A stretch of DNA of 64,000 nucleotides from Streptomyces sp. GTDB lineage: Bacteria; Actinomycetota; Actinomycetes; Streptomycetales; Streptomycetaceae. The stretch lies in the NCBI RefSeq assembly GCF_036566765.1, contig NZ_DATCVQ010000709.1, positions 7,200-71,199 of the forward strand. Reading direction: 5' to 3'. Under the pieces are notes generated by a model. It made no database searches. It was not told where the DNA came from and worked only from the letters and a program-made list of their open reading frames with translations. Made by a program: the position numbers and the translations under genes. Of this stretch, positions 1-9,884 are shown one piece after another; within the stretch, counting starts at the first letter, position 1; each line of letters starts with the position of its first letter.

Positions 1-539
1 ACCGTGATGCCCCGCGCGCCCAGCACCTTGGACAGATAGCGGGTGAACACGTCCAGCGCGCCCTTCGACATCGCGTAGGCGATCGTGTCCGGCATCATCG
101 CCGCCTTGCTCAGGCCCGTGGAGACGTTCACGATCCGGCCCCCGTCCCGCAGTCGCTCCGCGCCCAGCTGGGCCAGGAAGAACGGCGCCTTCGTATTGAC
201 CGCGAAGATCCGGTCGTACTCCTCCTCCTCGATCGTCGCGAACGGCCGCGACGCCCCGATGCCCGCGTTGTTCACCAGGATGTCCAGCCCGTCCGCCCGC
301 GCGTCGAAGGCCGCCCACAGAGCCGCCGCGTCCCCCGGCGTCCCCAGCTCCTGCCCGATCGCGAACGCCTCTCCGCCCGCGGCCTCGATCGCCGCGACCG
401 TCTCCTTCGCCGCGACCTCGTTGCCCCCGTAATGCACGGCCACCCGCGCCCCGTCCCGCCCGAGCCGCTCCGCGATCCCCCGCCCGATGCCCCGGCTGCC
501 GCCCGTGACCAGTGCCGTCTTCCCTGCGAGCACGCCCAT
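1..539 (-). CDS. SDR family oxidoreductase (3' end beyond window edge)
   Basis: Reverse translation gives [19 protein letters not shown] (TGxxxGIG), LVNNAG and YAMSK (YxxxK); not in the ORF track because it runs off the edge. Confidence 0.92.
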   Translation of the reverse strand, partial: MGVLAGKTALVTGGSRGIGRGIAERLGRDGARVAVHYGGNEVAAKETVAAIEAAGGEAFAIGQELGTPGDAAALWAAFDARADGLDILVNNAGIGASRPFATIEEEEYDRIFAVNTKAPFFLAQLGAERLRDGGRIVNVSTGLSKAAMMPDTIAYAMSKGALDVFTRYLSKVLGARGIT

Positions 540-560
540 GACGACGCCCCCCTCTTTTCC

Positions 561-608
561 TAGCGGTCGTTACAGAAAGAACCGTACCACGTTCTTTAAC
601 GACCGCTA
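561..608. promoter_or_regulatory. Probable TetR operator (inverted repeat) between divergent SDR and TetR genes
   Basis: TAGCGGTCGTTA-N24-TAACGACCGCTA, a perfect 12-bp inverted repeat with an inner AAGAAC/GTTCTT repeat. Confidence 0.7.
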
Positions 609-621
609 TAGAATTGACGCC

Positions 622-1221
622 ATGACGACGAGACAGCGCGGCCGGCCCCGCTCCTTCGACCGCCCGACGGCGCTGGAGCAGGCCACCATGGCCTTCTGGG
701 AGCACGGCTACGAGACGACGTCCGTCGCCGATCTGACCCGGGTCATGGGCATCAGCGCGCCGAGCCTCTACGCGGCGTTCGGCGACAAGAAGACGCTGTT
801 CGAGGAAGTCGTCGAGGTCTACGCGGGCTCGTACGGCGCGTTCGGCGGCCGGGCCTTCGCGGAGGAGCCGACCGCCCGGGGCGCGTTCGGCCGGCTGCTG
901 CGGGAGGCGGCGAGCGAGTACACGGGGAGCGGGCACCCGCCCGGCTGCCTGATGATCTCGGCCGCGGTGAACTGCTCGACCCCGGAGGTCGAGGAGGCGA
1001 TGCGGGCCCGCCGGAACCGCAATCTGACCGCGTTCGAGGCCCGGATCCGGCGCGGCGTCGAGGAGCGCGAGCTCCCGGCGGACACGGACGCCACGGCCCT
1101 CGCCCGCTTCGTCGGCGCGGTGATGCAGGGGATGTCCCAGCAGGCCAGGGACGGCGCGACCCGCGAGGAGCTGGAGGCGGTGGCCGAGGCGGCGATGACC
1201 GCGTGGCCGACGGACGCGTAG
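622..1221 (+). CDS. TetR/AcrR family transcriptional regulator
   Basis: RGRPRSFD...[36 protein letters not shown] helix-turn-helix; divergent from the SDR. Confidence 0.93.
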   Translation: MTTRQRGRPRSFDRPTALEQATMAFWEHGYETTSVADLTRVMGISAPSLYAAFGDKKTLFEEVVEVYAGSYGAFGGRAFAEEPTARGAFGRLLREAASEYTGSGHPPGCLMISAAVNCSTPEVEEAMRARRNRNLTAFEARIRRGVEERELPADTDATALARFVGAVMQGMSQQARDGATREELEAVAEAAMTAWPTDA

Positions 1222-1574
1222 GCGGCGCGCCCGGGACAGCCGCAAAAAAGGCCCGGAAACACCCGCGGGCCGCGGCGCCTGACGGGACCCTCAACCCGTC
1301 CGGCACCGCAGCCCGGAGTCGCCCGGCCGGGGGTGTGCGGTCCCTCGGCCGTGTGGGAGGCCTCGGCGCAGTCAGGGCAGAGAGCGCCGGGTGCCTCGTC
1401 CATCCTCCTGTGCGGGGAGGACGGAGGCTCTGTACCTGCATTGTGGACTAGACCATTCTTGTCTGTCCATCCATGGGAGCAGGCCGGTCCCTGGCCCATC
1501 CTCCAACACGGAGGCCCGGAGATCCAGGTTCACCGGGTGTCAATTCCGCAGGTACGCTCGCAGACGTGCCCTCC

Positions 1575-3041
1575 ATGAACGACCTCGTACGCCAGCACAC
1601 CGCTCTGAGCGAGTCCGACCTCGAGTGGCTGCACCTGCTGGTCTCGGAGTGGCAGCTGCTCTCCGACCTGTCCTTCGCCGACCTGGTCCTGTGGGTGCCC
1701 ACCCTGGACGGCACCCGGTACGTGTCCGTGGCGCAGATGCGCCCCAACACCGGACCCACCTCCTATCAGGACGACATGGTCGGCCATCTCGTTCCCCGCG
1801 GCCGCCGCCCATTGCTCGACGCCGCCCTCGACGAGGGACGGATCGTGCGCGAGGGCGACCCCGAGTGGCGTGAGGAGGTCCCGGTCCGGGTCGAGTCCAT
1901 CCCTGTGCGCCGCGAGGGCCGGGTCCTCGGCGTCATCGCCCGCAACACCAACCTGCTCACCGTCCGGACCCCGTCGCGCCTGGAGCTCACGTACCTCCAG
2001 TCCGCCTCCGACCTGGCCCAGATGATCGCCGCCGGCTCCTTCCCCTTCCCCGGGGAGGCGGTCGACATGGACTCCTCGCCGCGCGCCGGCGACGGCCTGA
2101 TCCGGCTCGACGCCGACGGCATCGTCCAGTACGCCTCGCCCAACGCGCTCTCCGCGTACCACCGGCTCGGCCTCGCCGCCGACCTCGTCGGCCAGCACCT
2201 CGGCCAGATCACCGCCGAACTCGCCCCCTCCCGCGGCCCGGTCGACGAGGCCCTGGTCAAGCTGGCCTCCGGCTACGCGCCGCGCGAGGCCGAGGTCGAG
2301 GGCAACGGCTGCGTGATCCAGCTGCGGGCCATCCCGCTGAAGCCGAAGGGCAATCGGATCGGCTCGCTCGTGCTCCTCCGCGACGTCACCGAACTGCGCC
2401 GCCGCGAGCGAGAGTTGATCACCAAGGACGCCACCATCCGGGAGATCCACCACCGGGTGAAGAACAACCTCCAGACGGTCGCGGCCCTGTTGCGACTGCA
2501 GGCGCGGCGGATGGACTCCGACCGCGGACGCGAGGCGCTCAACGAGGCCGTCCGCCGGGTGGGCTCGATCGCGATCGTGCACGAGACGCTCTCCCAGAAC
2601 CTGGACGAGCGCGTGGAGTTCGACGAGATCGCCGACCGGGTCATCGCGATGGTGGCGGAGATCTCACCGGGCAAGGTGACCTGCCGGCGCAACGGCCGCT
2701 TCGGCATCCTCGACGCGGAGGTCGCCACCCCGCTCTCCATGGTGCTCACCGAGATCCTGCAGAACGCCCTGGAACACGCCTTCGCACCGGGGGAGACCGG
2801 CACGGTCGACGTCACCGCCGTCCGCGGCGAACCCCGCGCCGACGCCCGGCTGCTGATCACCGTCACCGACGACGGCCGCGGACTGCCCGAGGGCTTCGAC
2901 CCGCAGCGCGCCGGCAACCTCGGCCTGCAGATCGTCCGGACCCTGGTGGAAGGGGAGTTGGGCGGATCCTTCGACATGCTGCCGGGCGCCGAACGCGGCA
3001 CCCGCGTCGTCCTCGACATCCCCGTCCAGCCCCAGAAGTAA
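1575..3041 (+). CDS. pdtaS: PdtaS-like cytoplasmic sensor histidine kinase (GAF-PAS-HisKA_2)
   Basis: LLSDLSFADLVLW N-terminus, EIHHRVKNNLQ H-box, DDGRG G-box; adjacent to a whiB1-type gene as in other actinobacteria. Confidence 0.88.
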   Translation: MNDLVRQHTALSESDLEWLHLLVSEWQLLSDLSFADLVLWVPTLDGTRYVSVAQMRPNTGPTSYQDDMVGHLVPRGRRPLLDAALDEGRIVREGDPEWREEVPVRVESIPVRREGRVLGVIARNTNLLTVRTPSRLELTYLQSASDLAQMIAAGSFPFPGEAVDMDSSPRAGDGLIRLDADGIVQYASPNALSAYHRLGLAADLVGQHLGQITAELAPSRGPVDEALVKLASGYAPREAEVEGNGCVIQLRAIPLKPKGNRIGSLVLLRDVTELRRRERELITKDATIREIHHRVKNNLQTVAALLRLQARRMDSDRGREALNEAVRRVGSIAIVHETLSQNLDERVEFDEIADRVIAMVAEISPGKVTCRRNGRFGILDAEVATPLSMVLTEILQNALEHAFAPGETGTVDVTAVRGEPRADARLLITVTDDGRGLPEGFDPQRAGNLGLQIVRTLVEGELGGSFDMLPGAERGTRVVLDIPVQPQK

Positions 3042-3077
3042 CGACCCTTCACCCCGCTCGTCCGCGGCAGCACAGCA

Positions 3078-3113
3078 GCGAGCCCCGGGCCGAAGTGAAT
3101 CGGCCCGGGGCTC
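3078..3113. terminator. Bidirectional hairpin terminator between pdtaS and wblE
   Basis: GAGCCCCGGGCCGA-agtgaa-TCGGCCCGGGGCTC stem between convergent genes. Confidence 0.7.
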
Positions 3114-3205
3114 GAATGCTGTGGGTTACTGCTGCGCGCTGCGGCTCGGGGGCGGTGATTGCGTACGCGATGTACGCGCCGCTTGCCTCAGGCTTGTCAG
3201 GGTGT

Positions 3206-3463
3206 TCAGGCGCTCGCGTTGCGCGCCCGGTTGCGAGCGGCACGGCGCTTCATCGCGCGGCGCTCGTCCTCGCTGAGGCCACCCCAGACGCCGGAGTCCT
3301 GGCCGGACTCGAGCGCCCACTGCAGGCACTGCTCCATGACGGGGCAGCGGCGGCAGACGGCCTTGGCTTCCTCGATCTGCAGCAGCGCAGGACCGGTGTT
3401 GCCGATGGGGAAGAACAGCTCGGGGTCTTCCTCACGACAAACGGCGTTGTGACGCCAGTCCAT
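3206..3463 (-). CDS. wblE: WhiB-family Fe-S transcriptional regulator WblE (WhiB1 ortholog)
   Basis: MDWRHNAVC...LFFP...CRRCPV..C...GVWGG; four Cys; 85 aa. Confidence 0.93.
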   Translation of the reverse strand: MDWRHNAVCREEDPELFFPIGNTGPALLQIEEAKAVCRRCPVMEQCLQWALESGQDSGVWGGLSEDERRAMKRRAARNRARNASA

Positions 3464-3498
3464 GGCTGCTACCTCTCTTGGTGCGGGTTGCTTGTGAA

Positions 3499-3514
3499 TG
3501 TGAACGCTTTCACG
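3499..3514. promoter_or_regulatory. Candidate Crp-binding site upstream of wblE
   Basis: TGTGA-ACGCTT-TCACG, one mismatch to TGTGA-N6-TCACA. Confidence 0.5.
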
Positions 3515-3772
3515 AATCCCCCCGCAAGTGAAGGGCCGACTGCCAGATGAACTGGTGTGGTCCTTGAATGAGGAGGGGTTCTGGCTCTCAGTGGAGGCCG
3601 GTGTTGCGGGCCGTCCCGATCGCCATGTAGAGATTCGCAAACCTCGGCGGCGGATACAACCCCTTCCGGAAAGTTTTTTTTGATTCCTCGGTGTCGGCTA
3701 GGTCACAGCCGTACTTCTAGGGGGTGGATGGCAGCCTAAACGTTCGAGTGGAAGGACTTTCGGTCCTTCTGG

Positions 3773-4741
3773 TCACACAATCACACGCAGTGCACGGCGT
3801 ACGCCTGTGAACGTCACGCTCGTACGCAGACCGAGGTGGTCTCCGTCCATCTGGAGGGGGAGGGGAACCTTCGAATGCAAGGTGAAGTCGGTCAGATCGT
3901 GCAGAGTCAGCGCATGCTTGCCATGCGGTCCGCGCTCGGGCGTCGAAGTGAGCAGTTGAGTCGCGTACCGGGCCACCGCGGGGGCCGAGAGCCGGCTCAG
4001 TCCGAGCACGTCGAGGGCCGTCTCGAAGGACGCCTCCGGAGACGCGTACACCGGGCGATTGCCCAGGTAGGTCCAGGGGGAGGTGTTGCAGATTATCGAC
4101 AGGACCAGACCCTCGACGGGGGCCTCGCCCGGGCGCTCCACGGTGATCGTGCCGTGCCGCCGGTGCGGCTCCTCCAGGTACTGGCGGAACACCTGGCGCA
4201 GATAGAGCGCATGGGTGGATCGCTTTCCGCGTTCGCGCTGCTGTTCGACACGGCCGATCACGCTCGCGTCGAACCCCAAGCCGGCGCAGAAGGTGAACCA
4301 GCGGGCCGGCACCGCCTCGTCGTCCGTGCCCGGGGTCCCGGACGCGAGCCCGAGGCTCACTGTCCGTGTACGGCGCTCACGCACCGCGTCCAGCAGGGCC
4401 CCCGTCGCCTCGACCGCGTCGTTCGGCAGGCCGAGGGCGCGTGCGAAGACGTTCGTCGAACCGCCCGGGACCACGGCGAGGCCGGGCAGCCGTTCCGGAT
4501 CCGGCCCGTCGTGCAGGAGCCCGTTGACCACCTCGTTGACCGTGCCGTCGCCGCCGAGTGCCACGACCAGGTCGATCTCCCCGCCCTCGGCGGCCTGCCG
4601 AGCCAGGTCGCGGGCGTGCCCGCGGTACTCGGTGGTCACCGCCTCCAGCTTCATCTCGCTGGCCAGCGCGCGGCTCAGGACGTCACGGGTGCGCGCACTG
4701 GTGGTGGTGGCTGCCGGATTGACCACGAGAAGTGCGCGCAT
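3773..4741 (-). CDS. Diacylglycerol kinase-family lipid kinase
   Basis: LVVNPAA, GGDGTVNEVVNG, PGGSTNVFAR and QMDGD motifs. Confidence 0.9.
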   Translation of the reverse strand: MRALLVVNPAATTTSARTRDVLSRALASEMKLEAVTTEYRGHARDLARQAAEGGEIDLVVALGGDGTVNEVVNGLLHDGPDPERLPGLAVVPGGSTNVFARALGLPNDAVEATGALLDAVRERRTRTVSLGLASGTPGTDDEAVPARWFTFCAGLGFDASVIGRVEQQRERGKRSTHALYLRQVFRQYLEEPHRRHGTITVERPGEAPVEGLVLSIICNTSPWTYLGNRPVYASPEASFETALDVLGLSRLSAPAVARYATQLLTSTPERGPHGKHALTLHDLTDFTLHSKVPLPLQMDGDHLGLRTSVTFTGVRRALRVIV

Positions 4742-4858
4742 GGCCGCCAGGGTACCTACCGATCGGTACCCGGCCCAGTCGGGTCCGGAGGCCGGGACGC
4801 GACCGGACCGGACGCGACCGGCAGCCGCGGCCCGGACCGCCGTCGGTACCCTGCTGGG

Positions 4859-5293
4859 GTGAGCCGTACCGAACAGAACCCCGCCGCGCCCGCCGAGCCG
4901 CGCCCCGCCCGTCTGACCGCCGCGGCCGCCGTGGTCGGCCTGGAGGCCCTGGCGCTGTTCGCCGGCGGCGTGTACATGGTCGTGACCGCGCTCACGGGCG
5001 ATCCCGACGGCCTCACCCAGGCGGTGACCGGCGGCGCGACGCTGATCGCGCTCGGCCTCATCCCGCTCGCCGCCGCCCGCGGCCTGCTGCTGCGCCGCAG
5101 CTGGAGCCGGGGTCCCGCGATCATCACGCAGATCATGGCGCTGCCGGTCGCCTGGACGCTGCTCCAGGCCACCAGCGCGATGATCCCGGCGGGCATCGCG
5201 CTGGCCGCCGCCGCGGTGACCGGCCTGGTCCTGCTGGTGAACCCGGCGACCACGGCGGCCCTGGGCATCAAGCGCCCCGGCGCGGACGCGTAA
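4859..5293 (+). CDS. Conserved integral membrane protein
   Basis: Four hydrophobic segments; GTG start 6 nt after a TACCCT -10-like element. Confidence 0.7.
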   Translation: MSRTEQNPAAPAEPRPARLTAAAAVVGLEALALFAGGVYMVVTALTGDPDGLTQAVTGGATLIALGLIPLAAARGLLLRRSWSRGPAIITQIMALPVAWTLLQATSAMIPAGIALAAAAVTGLVLLVNPATTAALGIKRPGADA

Positions 5294-5333
5294 CGCTCCG
5301 GCCGGGGCCCGTACGACGTCGTACGACGTACGA

Positions 5334-6278
5334 CTACTCCTCGACGAGGAGCTTCTCCCGCAGCTGCGCCAGCGTGCGGGCCAGCAGCCGGGAGACGTGC
5401 ATCTGTGAGATGCCGACCTCCTGCGCGATCTGCGACTGGGTCATGTTCCCGAAGAACCGCAGCAGCAGGATCCGCTTCTCCCGCGGCGGCAGGTCCTCCA
5501 GGAGCGGCTTCAGGGACTCGCGGTACTCGACGCCTTCCAGCGCCTCGTCCTCCGCGCCCAGCGTGTCCGCCACCGCCGGGGACTCGTCGTCGGTGTCCGG
5601 GACGTCCAGCGAGAGCGTCGAGTACGCGTTCGCGGACTCCAGGCCCTCCAGGACCTCCTCCTCCGAGATGCCGAGCCGCTCGGCCAGCTCGTGCACCGTG
5701 GGGGAGCGGCCGTGCTGCTGGGACAGCTCCGCCGTGGCCGTCGTCAGGGAGAGCCGCAGCTCCTGGAGCCGCCGGGGCACCCGTACCGCCCAGCCCTTGT
5801 CGCGGAAGTGGCGCTTGATCTCGCCGACGACCGTGGGCGTCGCGTACGTCGAGAACTCGACGCCGCGCTCCGGGTCGAAGCGGTCCACCGACTTGATCAG
5901 ACCGATGGTGGCGACCTGCGTCAGGTCGTCCAGCGGCTCGCCGCGGTTGCGGAAGCGGCGCGCCAGGTGCTCCACCAGCGGCAGGTGCATCCGCACCAGC
6001 TGGTTGCGCAGCTCCGCCTTCTCCGCAGAGCCCTCCGGGAGATTGCGCAGCTCGACGAACATCGCCTTCGCCCCGCTCCGGTCGTGCGGATCGGGGGCCT
6101 CCTGCGGCTCAGGGGCCTCGTGCTGCTTCTCTTCCTGCTGCTTCTGTTCCTGCTGCTCGTGCTCGCTCATATGGACCGCCCTCCCCCAGGGCTCCGCCTG
6201 GGAGGTACCCCCAACCTGCGCCTGCTCCGTCGCTTGCTGTTCAGGGATGCCCGCCGTGGCGCGCAGCTCGTCGCTCAC
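5334..6278 (-). CDS. sigH: SigB/SigF-type RNA polymerase sigma factor SigH
   Basis: LPLVEHLARRF, DDLTQVATIGLIKSVDRFD, TQSQIAQEVGISQMHVSRLL; GTG start overlaps the prsH stop (GTGA); alternative ATG at 6170. Confidence 0.85.
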   Translation of the reverse strand: MSDELRATAGIPEQQATEQAQVGGTSQAEPWGRAVHMSEHEQQEQKQQEEKQHEAPEPQEAPDPHDRSGAKAMFVELRNLPEGSAEKAELRNQLVRMHLPLVEHLARRFRNRGEPLDDLTQVATIGLIKSVDRFDPERGVEFSTYATPTVVGEIKRHFRDKGWAVRVPRRLQELRLSLTTATAELSQQHGRSPTVHELAERLGISEEEVLEGLESANAYSTLSLDVPDTDDESPAVADTLGAEDEALEGVEYRESLKPLLEDLPPREKRILLLRFFGNMTQSQIAQEVGISQMHVSRLLARTLAQLREKLLVEE

Positions 6279-6688
6279 GCCGGGCCTGGTCCGGCGCCGC
6301 GCTGTTTGTACAGGTTGATGGAGACCGTACGGTCCTCCGCGACGGAGGACTCGACCTTGCCGGCCAGTGCGGAGAGCACCGTCCAGGCGAAGGTGTCCCG
6401 CTCCGGCGCCCGGCCGTCGGTGGTCGGGGCCGAGACCGTCACGTCGAGGGAGTCGTCGACGAGGCGGAACACACAGCTGAGGACGGAGCCGGGCACGGCC
6501 TGCTGGAGCAGGATCGCGCAGGCCTCGTCGACCGCGATGCGCAAATCCTCGATCTCGTCGAGGGTGAAGTCCAAGCGCGCGGCCAGACCCGCCGTGGCCG
6601 TACGCAGCACGGACAGGTAGGCACCCGCAGCGGGCAGCCGGACTTCCACGAAGTCCTGGGTCCCGGGCTCGCCTGCGATCTGGGACAC
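6275..6688 (-). CDS. prsH: Anti-sigma factor (RsbW-like) PrsH/UshX
   Basis: VEVRLPAAGAYLSVLRTATAGLAARLDFTLDEIEDLRIAVDEACA; GGAGG RBS; directly upstream of sigH. Confidence 0.85.
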   Translation of the reverse strand: MSQIAGEPGTQDFVEVRLPAAGAYLSVLRTATAGLAARLDFTLDEIEDLRIAVDEACAILLQQAVPGSVLSCVFRLVDDSLDVTVSAPTTDGRAPERDTFAWTVLSALAGKVESSVAEDRTVSINLYKQRGAGPGPA

Positions 6689-6948
6689 CCTCACCTCCAA
6701 GGTGGCACAAGCTCATTCGGGGCCCGGGGGAGCGAGATCCCCCGAACCGCGCGGTACGCAGTCGGTCACTGAGTCCGCCGTGAAACTATCGCGATCCATG
6801 GTGCCGTGTCGCCGTGGGCCCCGGTCAGACCGCTGCCGCAACGACTGTCACTCATGGTAAGTCCACGAGCACGGACAGTGGCTAGAGGTCTGCGACGCCC
6901 AATTACGAGGAAGCGGCAGTCGTTTGACCGGGGTGACGTACCCAAGGG

Positions 6949-7209
6949 TCAGACGATCGAACCGTCCACGAAGCACCACCGCCAGCTCTCGTTGGGTTCG
7001 AAGGTTCGCATCACCGCGTGTCCGCTGGTCGTGAAGTGCCCGGTCGCGTGCCGTCCGGCCGAGGAGTCGCAGCAGCCCACGTGCCCGCACTGCAGGCAGA
7101 GCCGCAGCTGTACCGGGTGGGCCCCGTCGGCCAGGCACTCCGGGCAGGTCGGGCTGAGGGGCGCCGGCTCGGGGCGCGGCAGTTCTGCAACGTGGGGGCA
7201 CTCGCTCAT
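6949..7209 (-). CDS. UBP-type zinc finger protein
   Basis: CPEC...LRLCLQCGHVGCCDSS..RHATGH...SWRWCFVD. Confidence 0.88.
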   Translation of the reverse strand: MSECPHVAELPRPEPAPLSPTCPECLADGAHPVQLRLCLQCGHVGCCDSSAGRHATGHFTTSGHAVMRTFEPNESWRWCFVDGSIV

Positions 7210-7253
7210 GATGGCCAGGTTACGTGGCACGTGGGACAGCGGGGACGGGAGAG

Positions 7254-8852
7254 ATGGACGCACTGGAGTTGGTGGCACTGGTCGCGGTGAGCGCCGCGGT
7301 GGCGGGGGCGGCGGGCAGGACGCCGGTGGCCGCACCGCTGCTCCTCGTCGCGGCGGGGCTGGCCGCCTCGTACATCCCCGGGGTGCCGGACTACACCCTG
7401 GACCCGCACATCGTGCTGCCGCTGATCCTGCCGCCGCTGCTGTACACGGCCGCGGTGGACGCCTCGTACCTCGATCTGCGGGCGAACATCAGACCGGTCG
7501 CCCTGCTGTCGGTGGGGTACGTGCTCTTCGCGACCTTCGCGGTCGGCTGGCTGGCCTACGTGCTGGTGCCGGACCTGCCGCTGACCGCGGCGCTGGTCCT
7601 GGGCGCGGTGGTCGCGCCGCCGGACGCGGTGGCGGCCACCGCCATCGCGCGCCGGCTCGGGCTGCCGAACCGGATCACCACGATCCTGCAGGGCGAGTCC
7701 CTGGTGAACGACGCCACCGCGATCACCGCGTACAAGGTCGCGCTTGCGGCGGCCGTCGGCGAGGGGGTGAGCTGGGCCGGCGGGATCGGCGAGTTCGCGC
7801 TCGCGGCGCTCGGCGGCATCGGCGTCGGGCTCGTGCTGATGGCGCCGATCCACTGGCTGCGCCGCAAGCTCCCCGACGCGCTGCTGCAGAACGTCCTCTC
7901 CCTGCTGATCCCTTTCGTCGCCTACGCGGCCGCGGAGGAGGTCGGCGCGTCCGGCGTCCTCGCGGTCGTCGTGGTCGCTCTCTATCTCGGGCACCGCGCC
8001 TGGCAGGTCGACTTCGCGACCCGGCTCCAGGAGGCGGCGGTGTGGAAGATGGTCGCCTTCGTCCTGGAGTCCACCGTCTTCGCGCTGATCGGGCTCCAGC
8101 TCCCGTACGTCGTCCAGGGCCTGGGCCCGTACGGAGTCGGCGAGGCGATCGGGTACGCGCTCGGGGTCTTCGTCGCGGTCGTGGTGGTGCGGTTCGTCTG
8201 GGTGTACCCGGCGACCTTCCTCCCGCGCCGGCTCTCGCGGCGGATCCGGGAGCGGGAGCCGGGGGTGAACTGGAAGGCGCCGCTGATCGTCGGCTGGGCC
8301 GGGATGCGCGGGGTGGTCTCGCTCGCGATCGCGTTCTCGATCCCGGTGGCCACCGACGGCGAGCCGTTCCCGGCCCGCAACCTGGTCCTCTTCCTCACCT
8401 TCACCACGGTGATCGGCACGCTGGTGGTGCAGGGGCTCACCCTGCCGCCGCTCATCCGGCTCCTGAAGCTGCCCGGCCGCGATGTGCAGGCCGAGACGCT
8501 GGCCGAGGCGCAGGCGCAGAGCGAGGCGTCGCGGGCCGCGGAGGCGCGGCTCGACGCGCTGCTGGCCGACGAGCGCAACGCGCTGCCGCAGCCCCTGGAA
8601 GACCGGCTGCGCGCGGTCCTGGAGCGGCGCAGGAACGCGGTGTGGGAGCGGCTCGGCTCGGTCAACGAGGTCACCGGGGAGAGCGTGGACGACACCTATC
8701 GGCGGCTGTCCGGGGAGGTGATCGACGCCGAGCGGGAGGTCTTCGTCCGGCTGCGGGACGAGCGCCGGATCGACGACGAGATGATGCGGACCCTGCTGCG
8801 CCGGCTGGACCTGGAGGAGGCGGCGGCCTACCGGGAGGAGTCCGCCGACTGA
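7254..8852 (+). CDS. CPA1 family Na+/H+ antiporter
   Basis: About 12 TM helices; APPDAVA, GESLVNDATA and WAGMRGVVSLA motifs. Confidence 0.92.
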   Translation: MDALELVALVAVSAAVAGAAGRTPVAAPLLLVAAGLAASYIPGVPDYTLDPHIVLPLILPPLLYTAAVDASYLDLRANIRPVALLSVGYVLFATFAVGWLAYVLVPDLPLTAALVLGAVVAPPDAVAATAIARRLGLPNRITTILQGESLVNDATAITAYKVALAAAVGEGVSWAGGIGEFALAALGGIGVGLVLMAPIHWLRRKLPDALLQNVLSLLIPFVAYAAAEEVGASGVLAVVVVALYLGHRAWQVDFATRLQEAAVWKMVAFVLESTVFALIGLQLPYVVQGLGPYGVGEAIGYALGVFVAVVVVRFVWVYPATFLPRRLSRRIREREPGVNWKAPLIVGWAGMRGVVSLAIAFSIPVATDGEPFPARNLVLFLTFTTVIGTLVVQGLTLPPLIRLLKLPGRDVQAETLAEAQAQSEASRAAEARLDALLADERNALPQPLEDRLRAVLERRRNAVWERLGSVNEVTGESVDDTYRRLSGEVIDAEREVFVRLRDERRIDDEMMRTLLRRLDLEEAAAYREESAD

Positions 8853-9778
8853 TCCGCCCCCGGGGTGGGCGTACGCAGGTTCGAGCCATCCTCTGAACCG
8901 GTGATCACGGCGGCGAGCCGGGTCCCGGACGGGAACGCGCCCTCCTCGGTGAGGGTCAGAAGTCCGTCCAACATTTTGGCGACATACAGACGCTCGATGG
9001 CGAGTCCATGCCGCGCCTCGAAGTCCTGTGCGAACGCGTCGAGGGCGGGGGTCGTACGGGCGTAGCCGCCGCCGTGGAAGCGCTCGTCCAGGCCCCAGTC
9101 GCCGGTGCGGCCGCCGAACGCCTCCTCCTGGAGCGCCGTCACGGCCTCGCCGAGGAAGCCGCCCTTGAGGACGGGTATGCCGAGCGCGCGCTGCCCGGGG
9201 CCGAGACCGGCGGCCAGGCCGGCCAGGGTGCCGCCGGTGCCGCAGGCCACGGCGACGACGTCGGCCGCCCCCGCCATCTCCCGGCCCAGCTCCACGCAGC
9301 CCCGGACGGCCGCGGCGTTGCTGCCGCCCTCGGGGACCACGTACGCGTCCGGGGGCGCGTCCCGCAGGATCTCCGCCAGTACGACGGGGTCGTCCTTGGC
9401 GCGGTACGTCGTCCGGTCCACGAAGACCAGCCGCATGCCGTCGGCCGCGCAGCGGGCGAGCGAGGGGTTCAGGGGGCGGCCGGCCAGCTCGTCGCCCCGG
9501 ACCACGCCGATCGTCGGGAAGCCGAGCAGCCGGCCGGCGGCGGCGGTCGCCCGCAGGTGGTTGGAGTACGCCCCGCCGAAGGTGAGCACCGGCCGCCCGG
9601 CGGCGGCCCGCAGATTGAGCGCGAGCTTGCGCCACTTGTTGCCCGGCAGATCCGGGTGGATCAGGTCGTCCCGTTTGAGCAGCAGCCGCACGCCGTGCCG
9701 TGCGAAGCGCTCGTCCGCCACCTCCTCGAGGGGCGAGGGGAGACGGAGTCGCAGCTGGGACGGGTCGAACAGGCTCAC
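8828..9778 (-). CDS. ACC deaminase/D-cysteine desulfhydrase family PLP enzyme
   Basis: LKRDDL...GNKWRKL, FGGAYSNHL, PEGGSN and ACGTGGTLAG motifs. Confidence 0.88.
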   Translation of the reverse strand: MSLFDPSQLRLRLPSPLEEVADERFARHGVRLLLKRDDLIHPDLPGNKWRKLALNLRAAAGRPVLTFGGAYSNHLRATAAAGRLLGFPTIGVVRGDELAGRPLNPSLARCAADGMRLVFVDRTTYRAKDDPVVLAEILRDAPPDAYVVPEGGSNAAAVRGCVELGREMAGAADVVAVACGTGGTLAGLAAGLGPGQRALGIPVLKGGFLGEAVTALQEEAFGGRTGDWGLDERFHGGGYARTTPALDAFAQDFEARHGLAIERLYVAKMLDGLLTLTEEGAFPSGTRLAAVITGSEDGSNLRTPTPGADQSADSSR

Positions 9779-9791
9779 CCGACCATTGTCG

Positions 9792-9854
9792 GGTGCGGGC
9801 CCGTCGAGCGGTGCAGGCCCGTCCAGCCGGTGCGGGCCCGTCCAGGCGGTGCGG
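9792..9854. repeat. Degenerate 18-19 bp tandem repeat, about 3.4 copies
   Basis: GGTGCGGGCCCGTCGAGC / GGTGCAGGCCCGTCCAGCC / GGTGCGGGCCCGTCCAGGC / GGTGCGG. Confidence 0.75.
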
Positions 9855-9884
9855 CCGGCCCGCAGGCCGGCCGCACCGAGCGCG

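Noticed and set aside
5308-5335. GTACGAC short repeats after sigH
   Set aside because: Short low-complexity slippage between convergent genes; no functional signal evident.
5334-6716. 460-aa SigH overlapping all of prsH
   Set aside because: The upstream 146 codons look like an off-frame read of prsH (Arg/Pro/Gly-rich); stop-free alternative frames are common at this GC, and the GTGA coupling at 6278 is more convincing.
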